Below, piece after piece: positions 36,838-50,933 of a stretch of 64,000 nt of DNA (positions are counted from its first letter, which is position 1; each line of letters opens with the position of its first letter). Made by a program: the position numbers and the translations under genes. The notes beneath the pieces are model-generated. The model was not told the origin of the DNA, ran no database searches, and saw nothing but the letters and a program-made list of their open reading frames with translations. Origin of the DNA: Tubiluchus corallicola (lineage: Eukaryota > Animalia > Priapulida); contig JAQGDQ010000232.1 of NCBI GenBank assembly GCA_030141605.1, positions 248,001-312,000 of the forward strand. The letters are read 5' to 3'.

Positions 36838-39216
36838 ATGTGGAGAATTGCGTTAGCTTTATTCTGCCTTGCAGGTATGTAAAATATAAATTTAACTAGA
36901 CCATGCATATCAGTAAATGACCTGCCTAATTTTTTAAAAATTCCTAATACACATCTGTGCCCATTGACTCAGAGGTCACCATTCCTATTTCCTATACCGT
37001 TTTGTGGTTACTTATATTAGGTACCTACCCTGTGAGTTTCAATATGTGCATGTAGAACTTCTGCGTGTAAATTTGAAATTGTCAAAGGATCCATTAAAAA
37101 TGCCGTGTGGATTAAATGAAATCAAGTAAACAAATTTTGGCTCTCTGACAGGTTTTTTTTAGATAATTGAACTGTGATAATAAGCCAGTTTTAATAAGCT
37201 GACTCACAGTTTTTCACTGCCTTCTTTATTCAGTTAATTAGCCATCACATTAATTGTTTATATAAACCATTACGTTTATTTTTTTTCTAGCTTGTCACAG
37301 TTCAGTTTTTAAAAATTTATTCTTGGGTTAAATGAAATAAAACCAATTAATTGTGAGCTGTGATCCTTATACACATCCACAGCCTACCACTAATTTCATA
37401 GGTCGTACTGTAGTATACGCTTGTATACACACCTCCATTAAATAACAAATCATTCTATAAGACTGCACATAGTACGATAACAATTGAGTGTATTTTCACT
37501 AATATTTCCTAGACATTGAAGTTTCAACAGACTGGAAACTTTTAAACAGAATTTGATGATGTTAAGTTGTGAAAAATTGTGTTAAAATGTGCACTTAACA
37601 ATGCCTAAGATTTTTTAAACGTATTTAGTATCTTGCATGTTAAATACAATCCTTTTGAGAAACTAATAAAAGGAACAGTTTCATCGATAAACTCTAGATG
37701 ACTATAAGGGATTGCAAATTGCTGTTAAGAACCGCTTGTATAAGAATTTTCTAAAACAGTTGAAGCTTTATAAAGATTATTAAGTGTCAGTTAGTATGTC
37801 TTCAATGGCTTTTGCATATATTTTTGCGGGACTTGCTGATTTTCTTTGTTTTTTAGCTATGGCATACTGTCATTGCCCAAACGGCCAAAAAAAGACATTT
37901 GGTTGTAATTTGATAAAAACAAAATGCCAGTGCGAACATGGTTGTGACAAGGAATTCCAGTTTACAACCAAAGAAGCATGCAAAACATGGAGATTTGAAG
38001 GTTTGTATTAATTACTGGCATATACAGTTTGTATTGGTCACTGATTTGTGACATTTTGTCAGCATAGACCTATTATTTTTGTTACACGCAATTAAACTGG
38101 AAAAGTCTGTCAGTTTGCAACAGCAATCTAGTGACTCCACTCATGATCTGAGGGTCTAGGTGACAGGATCTGTACTTTTGTAAGTTTCTTTGAATTTCGC
38201 TTCATAGTTGTTTTCAATATTATTAGTAACATAAATGTGTTCCCATTTAACATTGCTAATTGCTGCATATTTATGCAAAGTTTACATTTATTTACAGTCA
38301 AACCTCTTTATACCTTCTACTTTGGAACTGCAAAAAAGATGATGTTAACTGACTGGGGCATTATAATGAGGTGCATGATATACAAATACCGACATTTTGT
38401 TTTACGAAAAATATTGGTGTTAAGCGAGTAGGGCATTGTAATGATGTACATTTATACATATATGTCTATGCAAGTATTGACATTTTGTTTCACCAAAAAT
38501 ATGGGTGTTAAGCGAGGTTGGTATCTTAAAAGGGAGCGTTATAACAAGGTTTGATATAATTTAATCTGTGGCTAAGGAAAGATGTTAAAATTAAATTAAG
38601 CCTTACATACCCAGTTTTGGTGACAACATGGAAACATTACTTAATCACTAGACTCATTTCTCACACTGCAAGGCAAATTTATAACCTTAGATATTTTCAA
38701 ATTCAGGGAAACATCCAGGGAAGTCATAATTGGTATTGAAAAGCTCGGTTAACCTAATTTAGTCCATTAAAACAACTCTAGTTATCCAATAATTCCTTAC
38801 GTTGATAAGGGTGCATGAACCTGAAGTACTAACCAGTGTTATTATATACTTACTGCCAGTCCGTGCCTTCTATTTGGATGTTGTATTAATGTGAGAAATT
38901 ATTTGTCATTGGGCCAATTTTGTGTAACCTACTGTCCTACATAAAATTTGTGAAACAGTCTTTTAAGTTCACAGTTCATACATAAGAAATAGTTAATTAG
39001 TTAAGCACTTTAGGGAATAATAGTATTGTTGTTAATTTTTTGCAGCATTAAATGATCGTTGTTTGGAAAATCCCTGTTTACACAATGGTATTTGCAGTCA
39101 GATTCACTCTCCTCCTGGGTACAAGTGCAATTGTCATGGTACTGGATTCCATGGAAAACATTGTCAGCATTGTAAGTTTGTGAAAAGCTTTAAAATTCTT
39201 TAGTGATTTTGAAATT

Positions 39217-39255
<39 letters not shown>

Positions 39256-39642
39256 TGGCACTTGCATGTGCCTCAGCACCACTTTTTTGCTCTGTTTCAT
39301 ACTAAAATATTTTTCTAGGTCAAATTCCTGTCCCTAGGTTGGTGACCATTAAAGAAAGTAAATAAACTTGCTGAAAAGATTTATCTCTCCCATGAATTTC
39401 ATTCAAATAAGAACAAAAATGTAATTACATGTAATATCAAAAGTCCTTTTCTTTGTTCGTCATGGAATCTCCTAAAACTTACAACTGTAATTAAGTGTAA
39501 GAAAAATTCTGTTTTAGGTTATGTTTTTAAGTGTGCTTTTATATAATTATTAAACATTTTTTGTAATTTGTCTTTTGCAGCTTGTAATGCACTGACTGCA
39601 AACGATGCGGACAACTTTCCTGATGCCTGTGCTGTCGTTTAA
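36838..39642 (+). CDS. Small secreted cysteine-rich protein with one EGF-like domain, 122 aa
   Basis: Exons 36838-36874, 37857-38000, 39046-39171, 39581-39642, all phase 1 with GT-AG introns. Signal peptide MWRIALALFCLAAMAYC; EGF domain CLENPCLHNGICSQIHSPPGYKCNCHGTGFHGKHC; ends FPDACAVV. Confidence 0.88.
38295..38556. mobile_element. Degenerate Tigger-like MITE
   Basis: ta-CAGTCAAACCTC left end and a partial inverted aaggtttga right end, with internal gtgttaagcgag repeats. Confidence 0.5.
39220..39253. repeat. (GT)n microsatellite
   Basis: GT run seen directly. Confidence 0.95.
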
Positions 39643-39929
39643 GTTTATGATGTAATGTGGGATCTTCTACCACCTGTAAATCATTTAATGGTCAAGTTAT
39701 TGTAAACCAGGTTAGCTAACCTAGTCATACAGAATTCACTGTAGTGGGTATGTACATGTAGCACAAATGAACAAATTAATTTTTTATGATTAGCAAACTT
39801 ATTATTGATTGCATGTATTTTATTTTAATTATGCTGATTGTTAATTGATGCATCACAAAACACACCCGTTTTCCCAATTTTTTTAGTGTTGTGCAATTAT
39901 GCTGCATTGATTAATGCAGTTGCTTAGTA

Positions 39930-40407
39930 CAGTGGCCGCCGCTTATTATGGACACGGTTATTGTGGACAGCCGGTTATTGTGGACAACTCGCGAGGGACG
40001 GAATTTTCCCCTAATAAAATCCGCCGGTTAATATGGACAACCGCCGCTTAATATGGACAGCGAACATTCTTGGCACGTGAACCAGCCCTGCCAACCACGG
40101 CCTGCGCGCCCGCTCTGCTGCCTGTGTGAGTCATTGCATCAGTCAGTTCGACGTTTGCCGTGGCCTTGAGAGCTTCGAAACTGTGATAACTTCCTTCCGT
40201 TCAAGGTTGAGAGAAAAGTTTCCTGCCAAACAAACTCGTCTGACTTCTTTTTTTCAATAAAACAGGAGACGAGTTGATACAGACAGTTTTTTGCCTTTTT
40301 TAATGAAGGGGAAGGGTCTTCATGGGTCACTTCGCTTAATATGGACAGCCGCTTAATATGGACATACACTGCTGGCCCGAGGTGTCCACAATAAGCGGCG
40401 GCCACTG
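39930..40407. mobile_element. Tigger/pogo-like MITE
   Basis: TIR CAGTGGCCGCCGCTTATT(A/G)TGGACAC, TA TSD, repeated ttaatatggaca motifs, and a residual QTRLTSFFQ* Tigger-like C-terminus near 40230-40260. Confidence 0.9.
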
Positions 40408-43192
40408 TACTATGAATTGGGTAGATCTACCATTTTTGATTAGCCACAAGTGTACTTGCATGATAAGATTCTGACAACTGGTATACTGGTTGTATATTGT
40501 ATCATGGAAACAAGTCCATTTAATGTTGATCGCATGACTACTACAAATTCCCAAGTTTTGTTAGTCAAGAGTGGCTTTACTGATGTTTTACTCCATGCTT
40601 CTTTGCAGTAGGTTTATTTAGCTGATTGTTACTGCATCTCTGGTGTAATAGCAAGCTTGTGACATCTGGTGGATTTGAAAGACAGGTTTTTTTGCTATAA
40701 TAACTCAGGGAAAATTAAGAAAAAATGCAGCAGACTTCTGAATTCAAGACACAGCACGTGTAGTTTTTTTAACACCCACTTTTATAGTTTATATTGGTTG
40801 TTTACATCTTGAGATATTTTAAGTTGTAAATCGAAGTTTTAATCCCATTCAACAGTGAGATATTTTGCTATTCTAAAAACAAATTTTGAATTGAATGTAA
40901 AATTATTTAGCATTTTGTTTAATGGAATGGTGCTGTCTTTTACTGCATTTACATGTTGAATCTGTTTTTGCATTCAATGATCAATACTGTATATTAGATA
41001 GTGAAACATTATTCTTTACTATCACTGTGATGTATAAGGTTGTATAACCCTTTTACATATTTTTAATCTTAGGTAGATAGTAATCGACATCTCATGTAAA
41101 TTTACATTTGAATTTAAGAATGTGTTGAGTTAGACGTCTAAGTGAATCTCATATATCTTATTGGATAATCGCATTAGTTGTCGGTTTGTTCATAGTTAAA
41201 TGAATTAGTTGCTTTCTTACTGTTTATTATTAATATAATGAATGTGAGAAGGGCAATGTGTAATGACTGTTGTATTTTTACCAAGTTAGGGCTATACATT
41301 GTTAAGTGACAAGTAGCTTAAAGTCTGATTAATGCCATAGAAGATCTTGTTTTGTAACTATGGCAAAGTTTCATATCTGGTTTGTCTCATATCTTGCTCT
41401 TATGATGAAAGTTACCACGAATGACTATTAAATGCACCCAAGGATCTTTTTGTACTGTCGTTCTAAATGTTTGCTTACAATTCTGGCTGGTACTATTATA
41501 CAGGATAGAATATGCACTTAGCTGCAAGTAACCTGATCAAAAGCTCATAAAATATACTGTTGGGCTAGGTACATGTTTGCTGTACTAAGTCTAGGATCCA
41601 TACTATACTAAACGTTAATTAAATGTTTTTTATTTCTCTAGAACTACTTTTGTTTTATTTAAATGTGCAGAAGAAAACTTGTCAAAGTCACTTGTCTATT
41701 TTTTCAAATTTGATCCTATTCTGTGGTAACTTTATCATCACCTTTGTACAATTCTTATTACTTTTGTACATTTCTAGTTTATCCAGCTCCACCATTTCAT
41801 TTTATTAGAAAGTTTCCACAGGTTTTAAAAGAAACAATTGTTTTTTATAGTAAGAAGACATTAAAGATTAATTCTTGAATGTGCTTTTGTGTTTAGTCGA
41901 AGAAACCTCGAAAAGCAGATATATCGAGCCCATTACAATTAATGCCCCCAAAATGTCCCTTTCTATTTTTTAGGATAAAATTGTAAAAAACATTGGGGAA
42001 TCCATGTATAATCTTTGTTTTACTTTGTTGGTATTAATGAATGCCAAACTTATTAAAAAACAATTTTCTTTTCTTGTCTGTAAATCAAGTTTACTTTCTT
42101 TGCATGTGATTAAAGTATAAAGGTGCTATCCTGTATTTTGATAACTGCAGGTGCCTCTGTAAACTTACGATGCATTTACTTAAGTGTCACATTATGTACT
42201 TTAATAAATTTTATATAAACAACTTTTTTGCATTGTTTTTTTATGTGTTACATTTTTTGTTATAATGTAGTCAAATCAAGTTATTACACGTTTCAAGTGA
42301 CTTTTTATGTATGGGATTCGTGTACTTTTATGGGAATATAAATTTGATCAGTTTCACTGACAGCATTTTTTCTCACATAGTGCCGGCTGAAGATTTTATG
42401 AACAAGATTTATGAAAATATTTTAAAAGCCAAGCAAGTTGTTGCAGAGTTTTGTACATTATTCTTTTAGTAAGCAAACTGATAATCTAAAAATGTTATTA
42501 GTTTCATCATTTAAATACACATCAATAGTCAGAATACCAAAACTTGAAAGTGAACAGATTAGTAGCTCTTGGGAGAAATTCTCAACATTTGCAATGACAT
42601 AGAGCTGCACACATACTGATAATAACATCACTGAAAGCAGCTGTGGTGTCAGTATAGTGCAGTTTAATTTTTTGCATACAGCAAGCAAAAAATGAAGTCA
42701 TCCATTGTCAGCTACTGTGTTGGTCTGTAAGTGCTTCTGTTGAGCATAAACTCATTAAGGCAATATTTGTGTAAACAAATCAACAAAACTAAATATATTC
42801 ACGCATAAATACTTAGAGAAAAATTGGTAAATAGACAAAATTATATTAGCAAAATAAAAAGTCAAATAAATAAATAGCCAAAATAAATTCTTCTATGCTT
42901 ATTTATAATAGTATTGATATAACTTAATGTGTGACTGCATACATATAGCTTGTGCAACGAATACATTTATTAATAATTCAGTGTAGCTTATTTCAGCCTT
43001 ATATCTTATGTTTTCTTTGCAGACACAGTCTTCAGGATGTTTAGAAAGAACTAGACTGACTTTCTTTACTTCTCTCGTTGGTGTTCTCCAGTGTACTTCG
43101 CAGCCTTTCCTGTACATTACCAGTGGCAGGCTCACTCGCAGAGACCTGCTGAGAGTCATTTGGTATTGTTTCATCAAATGTTTCAATAAAAT

Positions 43193-46100
43193 TCAACTGA
43201 GGAGAGTATTTTCAAAATTCCCTGACATGCCTTCCAATATTTCCTGTGCATTGCCCTGCAAAGAATCCTGCATAGTGTCCTGCCGAGAATCTTCTTGTAT
43301 CGTCTCTTCAGGACTTTGATCTGTAAGAGTTGACTCAGGAAAGCAATGTTGTATTTGTTCAGTTATCTGGTTGAACATTGCTGATACACCTGGCATTTCG
43401 TGAACATCACCTGCAGCAGCTTCACTCACGAAATCCTGCTGAGAAGATTCATCTTTGTGCAGCATATCACTGTTTTGTGAATCTAATAGAAATTCCTGCG
43501 ATATTTCTACAGTAAAATTCTTGTGATGTGTTGTTGATGTTTCGTTTCTATCTTTGTCCTGTCCCTCACTTGGCGTTTCCTCTGTACTTTGCAAGGTATC
43601 GTTATTTTCAATGTGACATTCTATTGTTATATTATTTACATTCTTGTCTGCACTTTCAATGTTATTTACATTCTTATCTGTGCCTTCACTTGGTGTTTTA
43701 CCAGTATTTTGTCTAGTTTCATCATCTGCAGATTCTGTGATTGTTTCTAATAATGTTTCTCTTGATACCTTAGGAGAAACAGGAGGCAAGTCTTTTATAA
43801 ACACTGCTTCAACATATTTAAGTACATCTTTTTGTGGTACAATTTCAGCAGGTTCTACCAGATTTTGCAATTTCACCTGAGGGACTTTGTTGGCACTTTT
43901 GAATGCTGCTTCTTGCTTTTTGTCTTTGTTCTTTAGCTCATTTTCAGTTAGCATTTCTTGTTTAGCCACCTTTGCTTCTTCTATATTAGGTGCTTGATTG
44001 ATATCTTTGGAAGCTGCTGGCTTTTCTTTTTGATCAGGACTTTTGAGATCTTTTTTTTCTTTTGGAATGATTGGCAATTCCTCTTCACCAGTTGTCCCAC
44101 AAGCAAGTGGAATTTCAATTACACGGTCTGGCTCCTTTCCCGCTACCAATTTAGTATTTTCAGGCACTAGTGCTGTGGTCAAGTCATGCTTTTTTATGGC
44201 TTTTGGTTTGCTTAGGATGGCACTTTCAAGAATTTGTTGCCTTTCCATTTCTTTATATATTTTTCGTCTTTCCTCTTTACTTATTTCAGATTTACTAATT
44301 TTTCCCACAGTTGGAGATTTATTTCCTGATGTAGCAGTTCTTTTCATAGGTCTTGGTGATAGCAGTGCATTAGGATCATTTGAAGCCCCAAGCAGAGCAG
44401 TATGTTCTTTTTGCTTCTTTTTTCTCCAACTGAAAAAATAGTAATTTAGATTGATAGTTTAAGGTTGTGTATTGCTAAATAACTTCTTAAAGTTACACAG
44501 AGAAAGAAAATATTGATGTGTTACAAGATACACCCTGCTGATTAGGTAGAGCAAATCGACTACTGCACAAATTTTCGTCATAGTTGCTTGTAAGATTTGG
44601 AATGATGTGTCTGCTGTCATTTGGTTATTTAAGTTGAGTAATTTTTGTTATACCATTTTTGATTTATTTTGTCTCTAGATGGCTCATCATGACTGTTATT
44701 TTCTTATCCTTGGTTTTTAATAAGCTAACTGAAGGTGGATCCATCATTAATTGGTTGCTAGGAGTAGTCCAAAACCTTCTTTCCTTTGTACCAATTAACT
44801 CTCCATTAATCCCACTGTCAAAGACAACTGAGGTGTCAATACGTCAATCTGAGGTGCAGTCTTATTTTAGTATGGAAAAACTCTCATTTGCCATAATATT
44901 GATGGATGTACGCAGAATGTGATGCAATCTGTGCAGAACTAAGGTTATCGGTAAGATGTATCATTACTACATTTCCTAACCCCATTAATATTTAACTGTC
45001 TGCCATATGCTGATCATTAAGTTCTTGAAGTAAAGTTTTGGACATGTTAATATAGGAACAGAGGCCTGTTGACAAACTATAATCTAAGGCGCCTCGTACG
45101 AACCCTACTAATCTAACCTCTGCAATAGTATTGATGTATGTAGAGTCTGACACAGTCTGTGTAGAGTTAAAGTTGTCGGTAAGACGTAAGATACATTTCC
45201 TAACCCATGGATGAACATTAACTGTCTGTCGTATGCTGATTGTTAAGTTCTTGAAGTGAATCTTTGGTCTCGTAAAAAATAGGAACACAGGCCTGCCGAA
45301 GAACTACAATCTAAGGTGCTTTCTACCAATCTGCTTTTCTACCATCCCATCAATGCCTTGGGACTTACTTTGTGCAAATCCTGTACATTGTTGATAAATT
45401 ATATGTATAAATGCTGATTAAAAAACTGTTTTTGTCAGAGCATTAAAACCTTTTATTTTGCTATCATAAAGCAATTATAGCTGTGATCTACATCTTTCGA
45501 ACTTTATGATGTGAGTGGAGCTTTACTTTTAATAAACCAACAAAAATGTTGTTTTCTTTATAGCAATCCATACTGATTTGTGTTAATTTACATTTTATGA
45601 TTGAACATCGAAGTTATTTCTAGGAATTACTTGGCTGCCTACAGTAAACAGGTAATCAAGTACCGTTCACCATAGGGTTTGTATAATTTAAATATTTTGT
45701 CGAAAGTCCTTAGACCAAAATTCTGTCATGTTACATTGCTGATGCACTACAAAAGACGATGTACATTAGTTTGGTCAGCAATGACATTCTTTATAGTAAT
45801 GTAATAAAATTGTCTTATCTAATTTATACTCTATTTTCAAATGTCGCGTGATAACTGCCAAGGTTAGATTTGTGGTCTTCAAACACTGCAGTGGGAACTT
45901 TTGTGCTGGAATGTCTTGTCATTGATTCAATACTAATATAGTTGTATCACAATCGCCACCCATTTCACTTACTACGGAGACTTGTTGCCCAGAATTTGAT
46001 ATGTTCAGTATATGTGTGCTTGCATAGCAAAATCGTCCATAAATCAGCAAGTAAGGTTTTTTAGTTATTCAGATATCCTGAATCTCCATTTCATGAGGAT

Positions 46101-49100
46101 CTTTTCATACCAAGTTCATTGTTCTATGTTATTTCTAAGCTGAGATAATCAATGTTGAAGTCGAGCTGCAGGCTGCCCACTGAAAAACATAATCTTGAGA
46201 TAATCACTATTAAAGTTAGCCATTGTTTTTGTGGCGTTTCTTCAAAACACTTAGCAACCGCACAAATCTTGGTTGCTACGGACTTTGCAAGAGTGCATTA
46301 AAGGTATGCTTAAATCCAGTAGATGCTCTTCCTGACGAAAATTTGGACTTGGCAACAGAAAAACCCGAAGCAAAATGACAGCATCCAGAAACTACTATCG
46401 CAGTTTGAAAATAGGAGGTTTTTACAATTGCAGTACTTGTTTCTAGACAGAAAAGTGCGTAATGATTTATAAAATCAGATTTTTAGTATTTCTTGAACGT
46501 TTTCTTGATAATTTAATGCTAGAACATAGAAGTCCATTATATTTAGCGTTGGTGTTTATAAAATACAAAAAATTGACATTTGACCAAATTTTTTGGTCAT
46601 TCTACTTTGAAGCATCATACGTTTTAGCTATGCAAGCACACATATAATATTCTTGTCCAGATTAATATAATTACTTTGAGTATAAAAAAATTGTCCCAAA
46701 AACTGCTTACCGGTAAATAGCAACTGCAACTTCAGTAATAACAGTGATAACCAAGAATACAATAACTGCCCCAAGCATAGTAAAACCGTAAAAATAAGTA
46801 GTCTCTTTTGTGTCAGTAGATGCAGCTGCATAAGGAGAATTGGCACCTGGGAAACAGAAAGTAGCATAAAATATATTATTCTAAACAACATGCTATTTGT
46901 TTACAACATTCATTAATTATTAATACAATAACGGCCACTTGGGGAATGGACAGTTGGGCTATGGAAACTTGGGTAGTGAACAATTGGATGGACTAACTGT
47001 CTAATTGTTGATCCACCCATTCATTTGTCATTTTCTTTTGTCTGTCTGTCGGTCTAGCTATTTGTCTGCATGTCTGTCTCTTTAATTAATATTTATCTCT
47101 ACTGTCTTTTTAGTGTCTGTTTACCCGCTGCCGACCTTCTTACCCACTTACACACTTATCAACATACAAACTTGCTTGTCTATTTACACCTCTTTATCTG
47201 TCTATCTACAACCTTCCAATATTGACTATTTCAGTGCTGTATGCTGCTTGCCTGTCTGTTCATCTGCCTACCTACCAGCTTATAGATGTGGTTAAGCCTA
47301 ATTACCAATCTGCCTTGGAAAGAAATACTTTAACTTTAACGAGAATTCCTACAACAGTAATTGATTGGTTATGCACTAGGTAGTAGTAATTGAGGTGGTT
47401 ACTGCAACAATAGGAGGCACTGGGAGTCACATTCACTGCAATAGCATCATCCCCACAAGTAGAAATGTTTTGCCTTAATCACGAGCAGCTTGAGCATTGG
47501 GAGCAGCATCAGCAGCAATAGACACACGGATATTTAGAAAAGAGATGACTTTTAAACACAAGGTTGTTTTGAAACTGGATGTTGGGCACAGGCAAGTTTA
47601 TACACAAGTTGGACACACTGACAGAAGACATGGAGGTTAGATGCAATGAAGTTTGAACAAAATGGACGTTTTAGACATGTTGTAAAATGGAATAAGAGAT
47701 ACAAGTTGGACACAGGGAATTTTGAACAGTGAATTGACATTTTCTGACAATTATTTTATTATACTGTACATGTATTTTTATTGTTTAAATTGATCATTTT
47801 AATGATTTCTATGGTTGGTTAGGTAATATACATGCACAGCTGTGTTAATATTATTAGTTACCAACAAAATTAATAAACTGCTCTGTTTCATTCCTTTCCA
47901 GTCTGCCTTTTTCTCGACAGTTCTGCTCTGATCTCTTTTATTTTTGATCTGTTCTGTCCTGTCCTGCTTGCACTTGCTCTTTTCTGCTGTGTTAGTACAT
48001 ATTTTGGTCATTTTGAAATTTAGAAAGCTTGCTTTCTGCAAAGCTTTTCCCACATTTCCATTTTTAACATTCTAAATACAATTAGTTTTCATCATTCCCA
48101 ATGCCCAAATGTCTTACTGTCCAAATATCACTAAAACTTCACATACAACTTAGAAGGTGGACCCGTTAAAGAAAATTAAGACTTAAAGAAGTACAGCAAA
48201 CAATTTCCTTCTGTAATAGAATCAGGAATATAAGTGGATTTTCATTATTTGTTCAAAACAATGAGTTACGACAAAGTTGAAGTACGAGATACCACGTGAT
48301 ACTAAATGCAAACCAGTCTTCGTGGTGGTATACTGACTGTATCACTATCTCCAAAGACTAAGAAACAGGTGGAAAGGTAAAGGCAAAGACCATTTCAATA
48401 TTAAATGAGATGGCAGAGGAAAAATGAGTGTGCAGCAAAGTGCTGAATTTCTGCATCTGATTTCTGGATCAGTTTCATGATAATGGATAAAAAATTAGAA
48501 TAGATACAAGATTACGAGAAATCCAAGGAGAGAAAAGAATATCGTGATAAAACATTCATTAGCTTAATAGTTTCTAAGCTGTAGTGAAAAACGTGCACTC
48601 TGTTTTAATCATTTTTGTTTTTGAAAGAATTTTGCAAAGATTTCCTATTTTCATAATTTTCATTTTTCCAAATATAATTTTTACCTTTTACATAGTATAT
48701 GACTTCTGCAGAGGAACAACGAGACTCTTCTTCAGTAGCATAGAACTCTTGCTGTGTGCATGCCGTAACAGTGAAGTCAAATATTTTTTGGTCAGTGAAA
48801 TGTGGAAAAACGGCTTCTTTCCTCCCAATTCCACCAGATGAATAAAAGAAGTACAGGCTAGTAAAAATCAGCAATAGTCTAAGTTTCAGTTTTGAAAAAT
48901 CATTGGTTTTATAAAGCATAGAATTTGTAATTATGCATCATGTTATATTATGACCTCACACCTAAATATATTTGTGTGTCTAATTCTCATTACAGTTCCT
49001 TTATCAGTATTATGACCTCACACCTAAATATATTTGTGTGTCTAATTCTCATTACAGTTCCTTTATCAGCCAGTACAAAAAATTATTGTCGGCATTTCAC

Positions 49101-50897
49101 ATTTAAACAACTTTATAACCTCTTAAACGACTTTCAACAAAAAATTCATTTTATTTGGAACCTTGGTTGGAGCTGAAAATTGAGCGAGATGAGTGCCAAC
49201 CTTACATAGCAACAATAGTCATTGATTTGGCAGGGGATTTTAAATCCATGAAATGATTTCCAATAGAATGGGTTCAAATAATGGTCTTAGGACAACAGAA
49301 GTCTATTCTTTAATAGACACAGGTCTAGTCTTTAAAAACTTTATGATGCAACGTGATGCAGATCAAATTACAGTTAATATTATTTATAACAGGTTATGAT
49401 ATTGTTTGTACAGTGGGTTTCATGTTTATATTGAAAGCTAACTCAGTGCTTGAGTTTTTTTTTCATTAATTTCTAAAGTAAAACTTTAGCTCATAGACAG
49501 ACAATGTATATATAACCAGCCTCCTTTCAATTAAGCTAATATAGTGTAACAACTATTAAAATAATTACACAATGAATTTTTGATTTTGAATTTTTAATAT
49601 TCACTAGATTTCACAATATATGTACATTTCTGGCATAACTACAGCAAATTTGTGAGAGCTCCTAGTTAATTTTTCAAACCTTTTCAAGCATCAGTAGTTG
49701 TAATACTATCTCGAAGTATGTGATGTGGATACAGAACATGATTGTCACAGGTACCTATTTAAATGACATCTGCTTACCCATTCTGAGATGAAGTATATGA
49801 AGTCTGTGCCCAAGCTGTTCTTCAAAACTCTTCATAACTTATCAAGATATAAAATGAACTGCGACATGTGCCACTTGCAATTTATAGTTGATACTATCAC
49901 AATATTAGCAGACTAAATTGTTTAGCAGTTAAAAAAGGCTTGTGATTCGTAGAACAGCCTCAAAAACAGAAAAAAAGACTTAGTTTCTTAGTGGCCTTGT
50001 TGTAGGAAACTGAGAAACAGAGGTTGACAGCATCTATGCAGACAGATAAAATAGAATTTTACTTACTGATCATAACGTGAGATTCTGTAGAATTTATTTG
50101 GTTGAAATATGTTAGGAGTTGTTGGCACAGCTGCTTTGACTTGGCCCACAAATTGTTCATCACTGGTGCCACGAAACTCGTATGAATTTTTAGTAAATTT
50201 TGGGTTCTTGTTATTTGACTGGGTAACATCTACAAATATTGTAGCATCATCTGTACATTGTCCATTATCGGCAACTGCAACAAGCCTATAGGAGTCTCTT
50301 CTCAGTGCCCACAGAGGTATTCTTACAACTAAGTCACCGTGAGACAACATTTTAAACTCATTTACTGAGCTTTCATTTCTTAGATAATAGCTCAAGGAGC
50401 CTGCTGCATGAGTGAGATGAACAGAAACACTAAGGATCACACTTCCGTTTGGAGTGTTCCCCATCACGTCTACGAAATACTCTTTATTGTGAAATTTTGG
50501 ACATATCACTCCAGGATTCTCAACGGTGATGTGTAGCACAGCCAAGTCATAGAAGCTAGGGTTGGTCTCGGCTTGTGAGGCTTTGACATTTATAAGGTAG
50601 AGTTTAAGTTCATCCACAATTGATGTAACCGTCACAACTCCTGTAGTGTTATGTATCTGAAACTTTCCATCAGTTTGTTCAGCTGTAATGAAGGGCAAAA
50701 AATAAATGATCGTATAGCAAGCATGATGAACAGGATAGCATTTCAATTCTGCCATACCATTACACACCTCATACTAATACTGATGATGATGATCACGACT
50801 ACGAAGACGACCACAACAATGACATTGATAACAATAACAACACTAACAATAACAATAATAATAATAACCGCCACCGCCGCCACCACCACCACCACCG

Positions 50898-50933
<36 letters not shown>

